The notes under the pieces were generated by a model. The model saw only the letters and a list, made by a program, of their open reading frames with translations. It had not been told where the DNA came from and ran no database searches. From Eledone cirrhosa (taxonomy: Eukaryota): a stretch of 64,000 nt of DNA. Below are positions 42,831 through 56,564 of this stretch, in pieces. The stretch lies in assembly GCA_964016885.1 (NCBI GenBank), contig OZ024740.1, forward strand, positions 210,738,001 to 210,802,000, written 5' to 3'. Position 1 is the first letter of the stretch; each line of letters opens with the position of its first letter. The translations under genes and the position numbers were made by a program.

Positions 42831-43341
42831 GATAAATCTACCAAAATATACGGTAGTGTCCAATCCGTATGAAGAACTCAATGTAATCCAAATATCATGA
42901 AAAGAGAAGATGTATTCAAAATTTTGTCGATGAAAAACACAGGAAAACAGAGTCAAGATAAATTAATAAAAACAATGAATAAAAACTAAGAAACAGTTCC
43001 TTATATTAAAAAATTCATCATTTTACGATCGTTTCTAGGATATATATGTGTGTGTTGGTATGTATATCATATAAATCTATGTAAAAGTTTTACAAACTAT
43101 CAGAAGGAATATACATACCTACACATATATATGCTGTCTTCAGAAATAATTATTTCTGAATACAGCATATATATGTGTAGGTATGTATATTCCTTCTGAT
43201 AGTTTGTAAAACTTTTACATAGATTTATATGATATACATACCAACACACACATATATATCCTAGAAACGATCGTAAAATGATGAATTTTTTAATATAAGG
43301 AACTGTTTCTTAGTTTTTATTCATTGTTTTTATTAATTTAT
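42826..43341 (-). mobile_element. Loop-less fold-back of the 7.2-kb pLTR family (192-bp arms, 42958-43149 / 43150-43341)
   Basis: Perfect palindrome centred on aataa|ttatt with one mismatch (43161); hammerhead motif at 43020-43147 (-). Confidence 0.9.
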
Positions 43342-43349
43342 ATATATAT

Positions 43350-43578
43350 ATATAAAGAAAAAAGATGAAATCGAAAATGCAACTGGAGTCTTATTTTTTT
43401 TTAAAATATATATATTTATTTGGTTCCTTTACCGGTTTCGCAGTTCTTCTGCTTTTCAAAAGTAGAGTTGAGATGGAGGGTCTGTGGTTTTTCAGACCCT
43501 CCATCTCAACTCTACTTTTGAAAAGCAGAATGACTCTTATCAACAAATTTTATTCCTTAATTTACGATATATTACTTC

Positions 43579-43580
<2 letters not shown>
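43350..43580. mobile_element. Penelope-type pLTR fragment with a 39-bp-arm hairpin (43447-43530)
   Basis: Family also at 20352-20515, 28672-28870 and 42672-42795 (gaaaccggtaaagg motif). Confidence 0.65.
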
Positions 43581-43643
<63 letters not shown>

Positions 43644-44103
43644 AAAAAAGGAAAGAATAACTTCGTCTGTAGTTTTAAACAATTTAATTTTATAATATTA
43701 TAATTTTACCATTTGGTTTTGTAGATCTAGTAAGTTCTTTGTTAACTTCGGTGGGGAGATTTTTTTAAAAGATTCCTGGTTAACTTTCTTGGAGAACTTT
43801 CTCGCATTCGTGGTGGCGATTATCAAACTGAGATCGGATTGTGTTGTGATGTGTGTCTCTATATATAAGAGATTTGGGTGTCTCTGCATGGGGGGGGGGG
43901 GTGTTAATGAGGGAGGGAGTGAAAGAGTGTTGATGAAGATTTAAGGAATTAAAGCATATATATATACACAAGAAGTGAAAGAAAAAAGGGAATGGTAAAA
44001 GCAAAGTAATTGATTGAGAGTGGATTTGGGGGGTGTTGGGATGTTTAAAGAGTGTTTTAGAAAGGGCTTGTGAAAGTGCCCTCCTGCTGGTTCTATTTTA
44101 ATT

Positions 44104-44138
<35 letters not shown>

Positions 44139-44221
44139 TTAAATGTAAGTATGCATGTATAAGTGCCATACTAAGAGTGAGAAATGAAATTTCGTTTTCA
44201 TTTTGTTTCAATTTATATATA

Positions 44222-44452
44222 TATTGGTAAACGGAAAAGAAAATGCTGACAAATTGTTCACAGTGAAAAATAGTTTAATTAGGAATAAGTGAGAATTAGT
44301 AATAGTATTGGTTAAAAACTGAATACTAACCAATACTATTACTAATTCTCACTTATTCTTAATTAAACTATTTTTCACTGTGAACAATTTGTCAGCATTT
44401 TCTTTTCCGTTTACCAATATACCATAACTTGTGTGTTACACCTCTATTCTTT

Positions 44453-44456
<4 letters not shown>
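44222..44456 (+). mobile_element. Fold-back element in (TA)n (arms 44222-44313 / 44326-44419)
   Basis: ~92-bp near-perfect inverted repeat plus a short tail. Confidence 0.8.
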
Positions 44457-44493
<37 letters not shown>

Positions 44494-44498
<5 letters not shown>

Positions 44499-44772
44499 TT
44501 AAATATCTTGGTTCCAGAATCGGGTCTTCGTTTGATGATTTCAAACAACGGCGTGTAATGGCTTTTAACAAATTCTAGCAACTTTAAAACATACTGAAGA
44601 CAGCCAGTATTACTGTAAATTTAAAACTACAACGCTATGGTTCTCTCATCCAGTTTGTATTGTTTTATGGGCCAGAGTCATGGACAGTCTCCAAATGCAT
44701 GGGAAAGATGCTGATCTCATTTGGTACCACCTGCTACAGGCACATTTTCGGTCTCAAACGAACTGACCAACT
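44494..44772 (+). mobile_element. RTE-clade RT C-terminal fragment
   Basis: NFKYLGSRI...LFYGPESWTV...FGTTCYRHIFG with stops. Confidence 0.75.
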
Positions 44773-44901
44773 TTAGGGGAAAAAAAACGAAATAGTTTAC
44801 GTTTTCCTTTCTTATACGATTAAATAGATGAGTCAGCGATTAAATTGTATATATTTCTGATTAATTATAGATGTAATATGTCTGATGTAATTTTGTTATT
44901 A

Positions 44902-45085
44902 AATCATCATCATCATCGTTTTGGACGTCCTTTTTTCCATGCTTGTATGGGTTGACCAGGACCTTTTCAACACAGCATCTCTCCCATCGCTACCTTCCTT
45001 CATCATATCCTCTGTGAGTCTCAGCGATTTGAGATCAACTCGCAACACCCCTTCTGCACACGTCTTCCTTTGTCTACCTTTACTG
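44902..45085 (-). mobile_element. RTE-like 3' end with (GAT)n tail
   Basis: GRQRKT..E....DL...L...M....W-type C-terminus on the minus strand ending in gatgatgat. Confidence 0.65.
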
Positions 45086-45649
45086 CGGGAGTTGGTGGAG
45101 TTTAAGCAGATAAAGTGGTTGATGTTGTCAACCTGACTGTTCGAAGTGTGATAACATTCTGTTTGACAGCGCAAACTTTACTGTCGAACCTGCGTAAAGA
45201 ATTCAATATGTAGTTAAATATTTACAGGCATATAGCGTCTCTGAGTAATTTCCCTAGTGTTTTTTTAATATACTAATTTCCAAATGTCATTGTACGTAAA
45301 TGATTTTCTTATTACTACTTCAGCAACAACGCTGAAGTTTATTCTTCGCTGAGGAGGCCTAAGAAGACTGGAAAATTTCCAGAGTTCTCTTTGTCCGTAG
45401 TTAATATTGGTCATTAAACTAATGTTTGCATTTCTTCATAGTATAATTATTTCAGTTAGCTTTGCCACAGCGAGAGAAATAATTTAACGTTTTGGACTCT
45501 TGTATTTTTCTGAAAATAGGAAAGAATATAAGGAAGAGTTATCCTCTGGATCAAAAATAAGTGGGGATAAGGCAGAGAGGTGACATGAAGGAAACCAAGT
45601 GTGAAAAGCGAGCAAGCTAAACGGTGGGGGAGGAAATTAAGTGTATGTG

Positions 45650-48600
45650 AGGGGTGGATGAGGTTTTAACAAGTTTAAGGTCAGTTGAAATGGGAGGGAG
45701 GAGTGGATGAGGTTCTAACAAGTTCTAAGTCAGTTGAAATGGGAGGGAGGGGTGAATGAAGTTCTAACAAGTTCTAAGTCAGTTGAAATGGGTGGGAGGG
45801 GTGGATGATGTTCTAACAAGTTCTAGGTCAGTTGAAATGGGAGGGAGGGGTGGTTGAGGTTCTAACAAGTTCAAGGTCAGTTGAAATGAGAGGGAGGAGT
45901 GAATGAGGTTCTAACAAGTTCAAGGTCAGTTGAAATGGGAGGGAGGGGTGAATGAGGTTCTAACAAGCTCTAGGTCAGTTGAAATGGGAGGGAGGGGTGA
46001 ATGAGGTTCTAACAAGTTCAAGGTCAGTTGAAATGGGAGGGAGGGGTGGATGAGGTTCTAACAAGTTCTAGGTCAGTTGAAATGGGAGGGAGGGGTGGAT
46101 GGGGTTCTAACAAGTTCAAGGTCAGTTGAAATGGGAGGGAGGGGTGGATGAGGTTCTAACAAGTTCTAAGTCAGTTGAAATGGGAGGGAGGGGTGAATGA
46201 GGTTCTAACAAGTTCCAGGTCAGTTGAAATGGGAGGGAGGGGTGGATGAGGTTCTAACAAATTCTAGGTCAGTTGAAATGGGAGGGAGGGGTGGATGAGG
46301 TTCTAACAAGTTCTAGGTCAGTTGAAATGGGAGGGAGGGGTGAATGAGGTTCTAACAAGTTCTAGGTCAGTTGAAATGGGAGGGAGGGGTGGATGAGGTT
46401 CTAACAAGTTCAAGGTCAGTTGAATTGGGAGGGAGGGGTGGATGAGGTTCTAAGAAGTTCAAGGGCAGTTGAAATGGGAGGGAGGGGTGGATGTGGTTCT
46501 AACAAGTTCAAGGTCAGTTGAAATGGGAGGGTGGAGTGGATGAGGTTCTAACAAGTTCTAAGTCAGTTGAAATGGGGGGAGGGGTGGATGAGGTACTAAC
46601 AAGTTCTAAGTCAGTTGAAATGGGAGCGAGGGGTGGATGATGTTCTAACAAGTTCTAGGTCAGTTGAAATGGGAGGGAGGGGTGGATGAGGTTCTAACAA
46701 GTTCTAAGTCAGTTGAAATGGAAGGGAGGGGTAGATGAGGTTCTAACAAGTTCTAGGTCAGTTGAAATGGGAGCGAGGGGTGGATGAGGTTCTAACAAAT
46801 TTTAAGTCAGTTGAAATGGAAGGGAGGGGTGGATGAGGTTCTAAGAAGTTCAAGGTCAGTTGAAATGAGAGGGAGGGGTGGATGAGGTTCTAACAAGTTC
46901 TAGGTCAGTTGAAATGGGTGGGAGGAGTGAATGAGGTTCTAACAAGTTCAAGATCAGTTGAAATGGGAGGGAGTGGTGGATGAGGTTCTAACAAGTTCAA
47001 GGTCAGTTGAAATGGGAGGGAGGGGTGGATGAGGTTCTAACAAGTTCAAGGTAAGTTGAAATCGGAGGGAGGGGTGGATGAGGTTCTAACAAGTTCTAAG
47101 TCAGTTGAAATGGGAGGGAGGGGTGGATGAGGTTCTAACAAGTTCAAGGTCAGTTGAAATGGGAGGGAGGGGTGGATGGGGTTCTAAGAAGTTCTAAGTC
47201 AGATGAAATGGGAGGGAGGGGTGGATGAGGTTCTAACAAGTTCAAGGTCAGTTGAAATGGGAAGGAGGGGTGGATGAGGTTCTAACAAGTTCTAGGTCAG
47301 TTGAAATGGGAGGGAGGGGTGGATGAGGTTCTAACAAGTTCTAGGTCAGTTGAAATCGGAGCGAGGGGTGGTTGAGGTTCTAACAAATTCTAAGTCAGTT
47401 GAAATGGGAGCGAGGTGTGGATGATGTTCTAACAAGTTCTAGGTCAGTTGAAATGGGAGGGAGGGGTGGATGAGGTTCTAACAAATTCTAAGTCAGTTGA
47501 AATGGGTGGGAGGGGTGGATGAGGTTCTAACAAGTTCTAAGTCAGTTGAAATGGGAGGGAGGGGTGGATGAGGTTCTAACAAGTTCAAGGTCAGTTGAAA
47601 TGGGAGGGAGGGGTGGATGGGGTTCTAACAAGTTCTAAGTCAGATAAAATGGGAGGGAGGTGTGGATGAGGTACTAACAAGTTCAAGGTCAGTTGAAATG
47701 GGAGGGAGGGGTGGATGAGGTTCTAACAAGTTCAAGGTCAGTTGAATTGGGAGGGAGGGGTGGATGAGGTTCTAAGAAGTTCAAGGGCAGTTGAAATGGG
47801 AGGGAGGGGTGGATGTGGTTCTAACAAGTTCAAGGTCAGTTGAAATGGGAGGGTGGGGTGGATGAGGTTCTAACAAGTTCTAAGTCAGTTGAAATGGGAG
47901 GTAGGGGTGGATGAGGTTCTAACAAGTTCTAGGTCAGATGAAATGGGAGGGAGGGGTGGACGAGGTTCTAACAAGTTCAAGGTCAGTTGAATTGGGAGGG
48001 AGGGGTGGATGAGGTTCTAAGAAGTTCAAGGGCAGTTGAAATGGGAGGGAGGGGTGGATGTGGTTCTAACAAGTTCAAGGTCAGTTGAAATGGGAGGGTG
48101 GGGTGGATGAGGTTCTAACAAGTTCTAAGTCAGTTGAAATGGGAGGGATGGGTGGATGAGGTTCTAACAAGTTCTAGGTCAGTTGAAATGGGAGGGAGGG
48201 GTGGATGAGGTTCTAACAAGTTCAAGGTCAGTTGAAATGGGAGGGAGGGGTGGATGAGGTTCGAACAAGTTCTAGGTCAGTTGAAATGGGAGGGAGGGGT
48301 GGATGAGGTTCTAACAAGTTCTAAGTCAGTTGAAATGGGTGGGAGGGGTGGATGAGGTTCTTAGAAGTTCTAGGTCAGTTGAAATTGGAGGGAGGGGTGG
48401 ATGAGGTTCTAAAAAGTTCTAGGTCAGTTGAAATGGGTGGGAGGGGTGGATGAGGTTCTTAGAAGTTCTAGGTCAGTTGAAATGGGAGGGAGGGGTGGAT
48501 CAGGTTCTAACAAGTTCTAGGTCAGTTGAAATGGTAGCGAGGGGTGGATGAGGTTCTAACAAATTCTAAGTCAGTTGAAATGGGAGCGAGGGGTGGATGA

Positions 48601-51600
48601 GGTTCTAACAAGTTCAAGGTCAGTTGAAATGGGAGGGAGGGGTGGATGAGGTTGTGACAAGTTCTAGGTCAGTTGAAATGGGAGGGAGTGGTGGATGAGG
48701 TTCTAACAAGTTCAAGGTCAGTTGAAATGGGAGGGAGGGGTGGATGAGGTTGTGACAAGTTCTAGGTCAGTTGAAATGGGAGGGAGTGGTGGATGAGGTT
48801 CTAACAAGTTCTAGGTCAGTTGAAATGGGTGGGAGGAGTGAATGAGGTTCTAACAAGTTCAAGGTCAGTTGAAATGGGAGGGAGGGGTGGATGAGGTTCT
48901 AACAAGTTCTAGGTCAGTTGAAATGGGAGCGAGGGGTGGTTGAGGTTCTAACAAATTCTAAGTCAGTTGAAATGGGAGCGAGGGGTGCATGATGTTCTAA
49001 CAAGTTCTAGGTCAGTTGAAATGGGAGGGAGGGGTGGATGAGGTTCTAACAAATTCTAAGTCAGTTGAAATGGGAGGGAGGGGTGGATGAGGTTCTAACA
49101 AGTTCTAAGTCAGTTGAAATGGGAGGGAGGGGTGGATGGGGTTCTAACAAGTTATAAGTCAGATGAAATGGGAGGGAGGTGTGGATGAGGTACTAACAAG
49201 TTCAAGGTCAGTTGAAAGGGAGGGAGGGGTGGATGAGGTTCTAACAAGTTCTAGGTCAGTTGAAATGGGAGGGAGGGGTGGATGAGGTTCTAACAAGTTC
49301 TAGGTCAGTTGAAATCGGAGGGAGGGGTGGATGAGGTTCTAACAAATTCTAAGTCAGTTGAAATGGGAGCGAGGGGTGGATGATGTTCTATCGAGTTCTA
49401 GGTCAGTTGAAATGGGAGGGAGGGGTGGATGAGGTTCTAACAAGTTCAAGGTCAGTTGAAATTTGTGGGAGGGGTGGATGAGGTTCTTAGAAGTTCTAGG
49501 TCAGTTGAAATGGGAGGGAGGGGTGGATGAGGTTCTAAAAGATCTAGGTCAGTTAAAATTGGAGCGAGGGGTGGATGAGGTTCTAACAAATTCTAAGTCA
49601 GTTGAAATGGGTGTGAGGGACGGATGAGATTCTTATAAGTTCTAGGTCAGTTGAAATGGGAGGTAGGGGTGGATGAGGTTCTAACAAGATCTAGGTCAGT
49701 TGAAATGGGATGGAGGGGTGGATGTGGTTCTAACAAGTTCTAGGTCAGTTGAAATGAGAGGGAGGGGTGGATGAGGTTCAAACAAGTTCTAGGTCAGTTG
49801 AAATGAGAGGGAGGGGTGGATGAGGTTCTAACAAGTTCTAAGTCAGTTGAAATGTGAGGGAGGGGTGGATGAGGTTCTAACAAGTTCTAGGTCAGTTGAA
49901 ATGGGTGGGAGGGGTGGATGATGTTCTAACAAGTTCTAAGTCAGTTGAAATGGGAGGGAGGGGTTGATGAGGTTCTAACAAGTTCTAGGTCAGTTGAAAT
50001 GGGAGGAAGGGGTGGATGAGGTTCTAACAAGATCTAGGTCAGTTGAAATGGGAGGGAGGTGTGTATGAGGTTCTAACAAGTTCAAGGTCAGTTGAAATGG
50101 GAAGGAGGGGTGGATGAGGTTCTAACAAGTTCTAAGTCAGTTGAAATGGGAGGGAGGGGTGGATGAGGTTCTAACAAGATCTAGGACAGTTGAAAGGAAG
50201 GGAGGAGTGGATGAGGTTCTTACAAGTTCTAGGTCAGTTGAAATGGGAGGGGTGGATGAGGTTTCTACATGTTCAAGGTCAGTTGAAATGGTAGGGAGGA
50301 GTGGATGAGGTTCTAACAAGTTCTAGGTGAGTTGAAATGGGTGGGAGGGGTGGATGAGGTTCTAACAAGTTCAAGGTCAGTTGAAATGGGAGGGAGGGGT
50401 GGATGAGGTTCTAACAAGTTCAAGGTCAGTTTAAATGGGAGGGAGGGGTGGATGAGGTTCTAACAAGTTCAAGGTCAGTTGAAATGTGAGGGAGGGGTGG
50501 ATGAGGTTCTAACAAGTTCAAGGTCAGTTGAAATGGGAGGGAGGGGTGGATGAGGTTCTAACAAGTTCTAGGTCAGTTGAAATGGGAGGGAGGGGTGGAT
50601 GAGGTTCTAACAAGTTCTAAGTCAGTTGAAATGGGGGGGAGGGGTGGATGAGGTTCTAACAAGTTCTAAGTCAGTTGAAATGGGGGGGGGGGATGAGGTT
50701 CTAACAAGTTCTAAGTCAGTTGAAATGGGGGGGAGGGGTGGATGAGGTTCTAACAAGTTCTAAGTCAGTTGAAATGGGAGGGAGGGGTGGATGAGGTTCT
50801 AACAAGTTCAAGGTCAGTTGAAATGGGAGGGAGGGGTGGATGAGATTCTAACAAGTTCTAGGTCAGTTGAAATGGGAGGGAGGGGTGGATGAGATTCTAA
50901 CAAGTTCTAGGTCAGTTGAAATGGGGGGGAGGGGTGGATGAGGTTCTAACATGTTCTAAGTCAGTTGAAATGGGAGGGAGGGGTGGATGAGATTCTAACA
51001 AGTTCTAGGTCAGTTGAAATGGGAGGGAGGGTGGATGAGATTCTAACAAGTTCTAGGTCAGTTGAAATGGGAGGGAGGGGTGGATGAGATTCTAACAAGT
51101 TCTAGGTCAGTTGAAATGGGAGGGAGGGGTGGATGAGGTTCTAACAAGTTCTAAGTCAGTTGAAATGGGGGGGAGGGGTGGATGAGGTTCTAACAAGTTC
51201 TAAGTCAGTTGAAATGGGGGGGAGGGGTGGATGAGGTTCTAACAAGTTCTAAGTCAGTTGAAATGGGGGGGAGGGGTGGATGAGTTTCTAACAATTTCTA
51301 AGTCAGTTGAAATGGGAGGCAGGGGTGGATGAGATTCTAACAAATTCTAGGTCAGTTGAAATGGGAGGGAGGGGTGGATGAGGTTCTAACAAGTTCTAAG
51401 TCAGTTGAAATGGGGGGGAGGGGTGGATGAGGTTCTAACAAGTTCTAAGTCAGTTGAAATGGGAGGGAGGGGTGGATGAGGTTCTAACAAGTTCTAGGTC
51501 AGTTGAAATGGGAGGGAGGGGTGGATGAGATTCTAACAAGTTCTAGGTCAGTTGAAATGGGAGGGAGGGGTGGATGAGATTCTAACAAGTTCTAGGTCAG

Positions 51601-54600
51601 TTGAAATGGGGGGGGAGGGGTGGATGAGGTTCTAACATGTTCTAAGTCAGTTGAAATGGGAGGGAGGGGTGGATGAGATTCTAACAAGTTCTAGGTCAGT
51701 TGAAATGGGAGGGAGGGGTGGATGAGATTCTAACAAGTTCTAGGTCAGTTGAAATGGGAGGGAGGGGTGGATGAGATTCTAACAAGTTCTAGGTCAGTTG
51801 AAATGGGAGGGAGGGTGGATGAGGTTGTAACAAGTTCTAAGTCAGTTGAAATGGGAGGAAGGGGTGGATGATGTTCTAACAAGTTCTAAGTCAGTTGAAA
51901 TGGGAGGGAGGGGTGGATGAGATTCTAACAAGTTCTAGGTCAGTTGAAATGGGAGGGAGGGGTGGATGAGATTCTAACAAGTTCTAGGTCAGTTGAAATG
52001 GGAGGGAGGGGTGGATGAGGTTCTAACAAGTTCTAAGTCAGTTGAAATGGGGGGGAGGGGTGGATGAGGTTCTAACAAATTCTAAGTCAGTTGAAATGGG
52101 AGCGAGGGGTGGATGATGTTCTATCGAGTTCTAGGTCAGTTGAAATGGGAGGGAGGGGTGGATGAGGTTCTAACAAGTTCAAGGTCAGTTGAAATTTGTG
52201 GGAGGGGTGGATGAGGTTCTTAGAAGTTCTAGGTCAGTTGAAATGGGAGGGAGGGGTGGATGAGGTTCTAAAAGATCTAGGTCAGTTAAAATTGGAGCGA
52301 GGGGTGGATGAGGTTCTAACAAATTCTAAGTCAGTTGAAATGGGTGTGAGGGACGGATGAGATTCTTATAAGTTCTAGGTCAGTTGAAATGGGAGGTAGG
52401 GGTGGATGAGGTTCTAACAAGATCTAGGTCAGTTGAAATGGGATGGAGGGGTGGATGTGGTTCTAACAAGTTCTAGGTCAGTTGAAATGAGAGGGAGGGG
52501 TGGATGAGGTTCAAACAAGTTCTAGGTCAGTTGAAATGAGAGGGAGGGGTGGATGAGGTTCTAACAAGTTCTAAGTCAGTTGAAATGTGAGGGAGGGGTG
52601 GATGAGGTTCTAACAAGTTCTAGGTCAGTTGAAATGGGTGGGAGGGGTGGATGATGTTCTAACAAGTTCTAAGTCAGTTGAAATGGGAGGGAGGGGTTGA
52701 TGAGGTTCTAACAAGTTCTAGGTCAGTTGAAATGGGAGGAAGGGGTGGATGAGGTTCTAACAAGATCTAGGTCAGTTGAAATGGGAGGGAGGTGTGTATG
52801 AGGTTCTAACAAGTTCAAGGTCAGTTGAAATGGGAAGGAGGGGTGGATGAGGTTCTAACAAGTTCTAAGTCAGTTGAAATGGGAGGGAGGGGTGGATGAG
52901 GTTCTAACAAGATCTAGGACAGTTGAAAGGAAGGGAGGAGTGGATGAGGTTCTTACAAGTTCTAGGTCAGTTGAAATGGGAGGGGTGGATGAGGTTTCTA
53001 CATGTTCAAGGTCAGTTGAAATGGTAGGGAGGAGTGGATGAGGTTCTAACAAGTTCTAGGTCAGTTGAAATGGGTGGGAGGGGTGGATGAGGTTCTAACA
53101 AGTTCAAGGTCAGTTGAAATGGGAGGGAGGGGTGGATGAGGTTCTAACAAGTTCAAGGTCAGTTTAAATGGGAGGGAGGGGTGGATGAGGTTCTAACAAG
53201 TTCAAGGTCAGTTGAAATGGGAGGGAGGGGTGGATGAGGTTCTAACAAGTTCAAGGTCAGTTGAAATGGGAGGGAGGGGTGGATGAGGTTCTAACAAGTT
53301 CTAGGTCAGTTGAAATGGGAGGGAGGGGTGGATGAGGTTCTAACAAGTTCTAAGTCAGTTGAAATGGGGGGGAGGGGTGGATGAGGTTCTAACAAGTTCT
53401 AAGTCAGTTGAAATGGGGGGGGGGTGGATGAGGTTCTAACAAGTTCTAAGTCAGTTGAAATGGGGGGGAGGGGTGGATGAGGTTCTAACAAGTTCTAAGT
53501 CAGTTGAAATGGGAGGGAGGGGTGGATGAGGTTCTAACAAGTTCAAGGTCAGTTGAAATGGGAGGGAGGGGTGGATGAGATTCTAACAAGTTCTAGGTCA
53601 GTTGAAATGGGAGGGAGGGGTGGATGAGATTCTAACAAGTTCTAGGTCAGTTGAAATGGGGGGGAGGGGTGGATGAGGTTCTAACATGTTCTAAGTCAGT
53701 TGAAATGGGAGGGAGGGGTGGATGAGATTCTAACAAGTTCTAGGTCAGTTGAAATGGGAGGGAGGGTGGATGAGATTCTAACAAGTTCTAGGTCAGTTGA
53801 AATGGGAGGGAGGGGTGGATGAGATTCTAACAAGTTCTAGGTCAGTTGAAATGGGAGGGAGGGGTGGATGAGATTCTAACAAGTTCTAGGTCAGTTGAAA
53901 TGGGAGGGAGGGGTGGATGAGGTTCTAACAAGTTCTAAGTCAGTTGAAATGGGGGGGAGGGGTGGATGAGGTTCTAACAAGTTCTAAGTCAGTTGAAATG
54001 GGGGGGAGGGTTGGATGAGGTTCTAACAAGTTCTAAGTCAGTTGAAATGGGGGGGAGGGGTGGATGAGTTTCTAACAATTTCTAAGTCAGTTGAAATGGG
54101 AGGCAGGGGTGGATGAGATTCTAACAAATTCTAGGTCAGTTGAAATGGGAGGGAGGGGTGGATGAGGTTCTAACAAGTTCTAAGTCAGTTGAAATGGGGG
54201 GGAGGGATGGATGAGGTTCTAACAAGTTCTAAGTCAGTTGAAATGGGAGGGAGGGGTGGATGAGGTTCCAACAAGTTCTAGGTCAGTTGAAATGGGAGGG
54301 AGGGGTGGATGAGATTCTAACAAGTTCTAGGTCAGTTGAAATGGGAGGGAGGGGTGGATGAGATTCTAACAAGTTCTAGGTCAGTTGAAATGGGGGGGAG
54401 GGGTGGATGAGGTTCTAACATGTTCTAAGTCAGTTGAAATGGGAGGGAGGGGTGGATGAGATTCTAACAAGTTCTAGGTCAGTTGAAATGGGAGGGAGGG
54501 GTGGATGAGATTCTAACAAGTTCTAGGTCAGTTGAAATGGGAGGGAGGGGTGGATGAGATTCTAACAAGTTCTAGGTCAGTTGAAATGGGAGGGAGGGTG

Positions 54601-56010
54601 GATGAGGTTGTAACAAGTTCTAAGTCAGTTGAAATGGGAGGAAGGGGTGGATGATGTTCTAACAAGTTCTAAGTCAGTTGAAATGGGAGGGAGGGGTGGA
54701 TGAGATTCTAACAAGTTCTAGGTCAGTTGAAATGGGAGGGAGGGGTGGATGAGATTCTAACAAGTTCTAGGTCAGTTGAAATGGGAGGGAGGGGTGGATG
54801 AGGTTCTAACAAGTTCTAAGTCAGTTGAAATGGTGGGGAGGGGTGGATGAGGTTCTAACAAGTTCTAAGTCAGTTGAAATGGGGGGGAGGGGTGGATGAG
54901 GTTCTAACAAGTTCTAAGTCAGTTGAAATGGGGGGGAGGGGTGGATGAGTTTCTAACAAGTTCTAAGTCAGTTGAAATGGGAGGCAGGGGTGGATGAGAT
55001 TCTAACAAGTTCTGGGTCAGTTGAAATGGGAGGGAGGGGTGGATGAGATTCTAACAAGTTCTAGGTCAGTTGAAATGGGAGGGAGGGGTGGATGAGATTC
55101 TAACAAGTTCTAGGTCAGTTGAAATGGGAGGGAGGGGTGGATGAGGTTCTAACAAGTTCTAAGTCAGTTGAAATGGGAGGGAGGGGTGGATGAGGTTCTA
55201 ACAAGTTCTAGGTCAGTTGAAATGGGAGGGAGGGGTGGATGAGATTCTAACAAGTTCTAGGTCAGTTGAAATGGGAGGGAGGGGTGGATGAGGTTCTAAC
55301 AAGTTCTAAGTCAGTTGAAATGGGGGGGAGGGGTGGATGAGGTTCTAACAAGTTCTAAGTCAGTTGAAATGGGGGGGAGGGGTGGATGAGGTTCTAACAA
55401 GTTCTAAGTCAGTTGAAATGGGGGGGAGGGGTGGATGAGGTTCTAACAAGTTCTAAGTCAGTTGAAATGGGGGGGAGGGGTGGATGAGGTTCTAACAAGT
55501 TCTAAGTCAGTTGAAATGGGAGGGAGGGGTGGATGAGATTCTAACAAGTTCTAGGTCAGTTGAAATGGGAGGGAGGGGTGGATGAGGTTCTAACAAGTTC
55601 TAGGTCAGTTGAAATGGGAGGGAGGGGTGGATGAGGTTCTAACAAGTTCTAGGTCAGTTGAAATGGGAGGGAGGGGTGGATGAGGTTCTAACAAGTTCTA
55701 GGTCAGTTGAAATGGGAGGGAGGGGTGGATGAGGTTGTAACAAGTTCTAAGTCAGTTGAAATGGGAGGGAGGGGTGGATGAGGTTCTAACAAGTTCTAAG
55801 TCAGTTGAAATGGGAGGGAGGGGTGGATGAGATTCTAACAAGTTCTAGGTCAGTTGAAATGGGAGTGAGGGGTGGATGAGGTTGTAACAAGTTCTAAGTC
55901 AGTTGAAATGGGAGAGAGGGGTGGATGAGGTTCTAACAAGTTCTAAGTCAGTTGAAATGGGAGAGAGGGGTGGATGAGGTTCTAACAAGTTCTAGGTCAG
56001 TTGAAATGGC
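45650..56010. repeat. 49-bp G-rich satellite, ~210 copies
   Basis: Unit gttctaacaagttctaggtcagttgaaatgggagggaggggtggatgag; 49-bp spacing of anchors. Confidence 0.98.
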
Positions 56011-56052
56011 AGGCAGACGTTAGGACGTCGGGGAGAATGCTTATATTATTTA

Positions 56053-56241
56053 TGGTGGATTGGCAGTATCGGTAGAGGGTCTGACGCCATGCTTTGAAGC
56101 ATAGAGTTACCTCCCTGTACGATCTGAGTTCAAATCCCGCCAAGGTTCACTTTACCTTTCATCCTTACGGGGTCGATAAAATAAAGTGCCAGTAATGCAC
56201 TGGGTAATTGCTGGCCTTGTGCCAAAAGTAGAAACAATTAT
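56053..56241 (+). mobile_element. Full-length SINE followed by an older SINE fragment (to ~56340)
   Basis: A box, B box and core present. Confidence 0.9.
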
Positions 56242-56564
56242 TTATGGTATTCGTTCCGGCTCTCTGCTCTCTGAGGTCAACCTCGCCTTTCACCCTTTCG
56301 AGGTCAATAAAAAAGTACCAGTGAAACTACTGAGGTCAATTCTACCTCCATATTTCTTTTTGACTCTGTATCCTTCTCAGGAAGACATCTGCTGTGTTCA
56401 GACCTGGAGAAGAGATAGGCTACACCAGGTTTTAAAATGACCAAGAAGCACCGTATGTCAATACGGCGCACTTACCATTCCACTGGGAGTTACGAGATCA
56501 CACACACACATACATACACCCCCTCTTATATATATATATATAGAGAGAGAGAGGACGATCGACT

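Noticed and set aside
45650-56010. CRISPR-like regular array
   Set aside because: Pure tandem monomers without unique spacers, no cas genes, eukaryotic context; the same applies to the 30-bp and 37-bp arrays.
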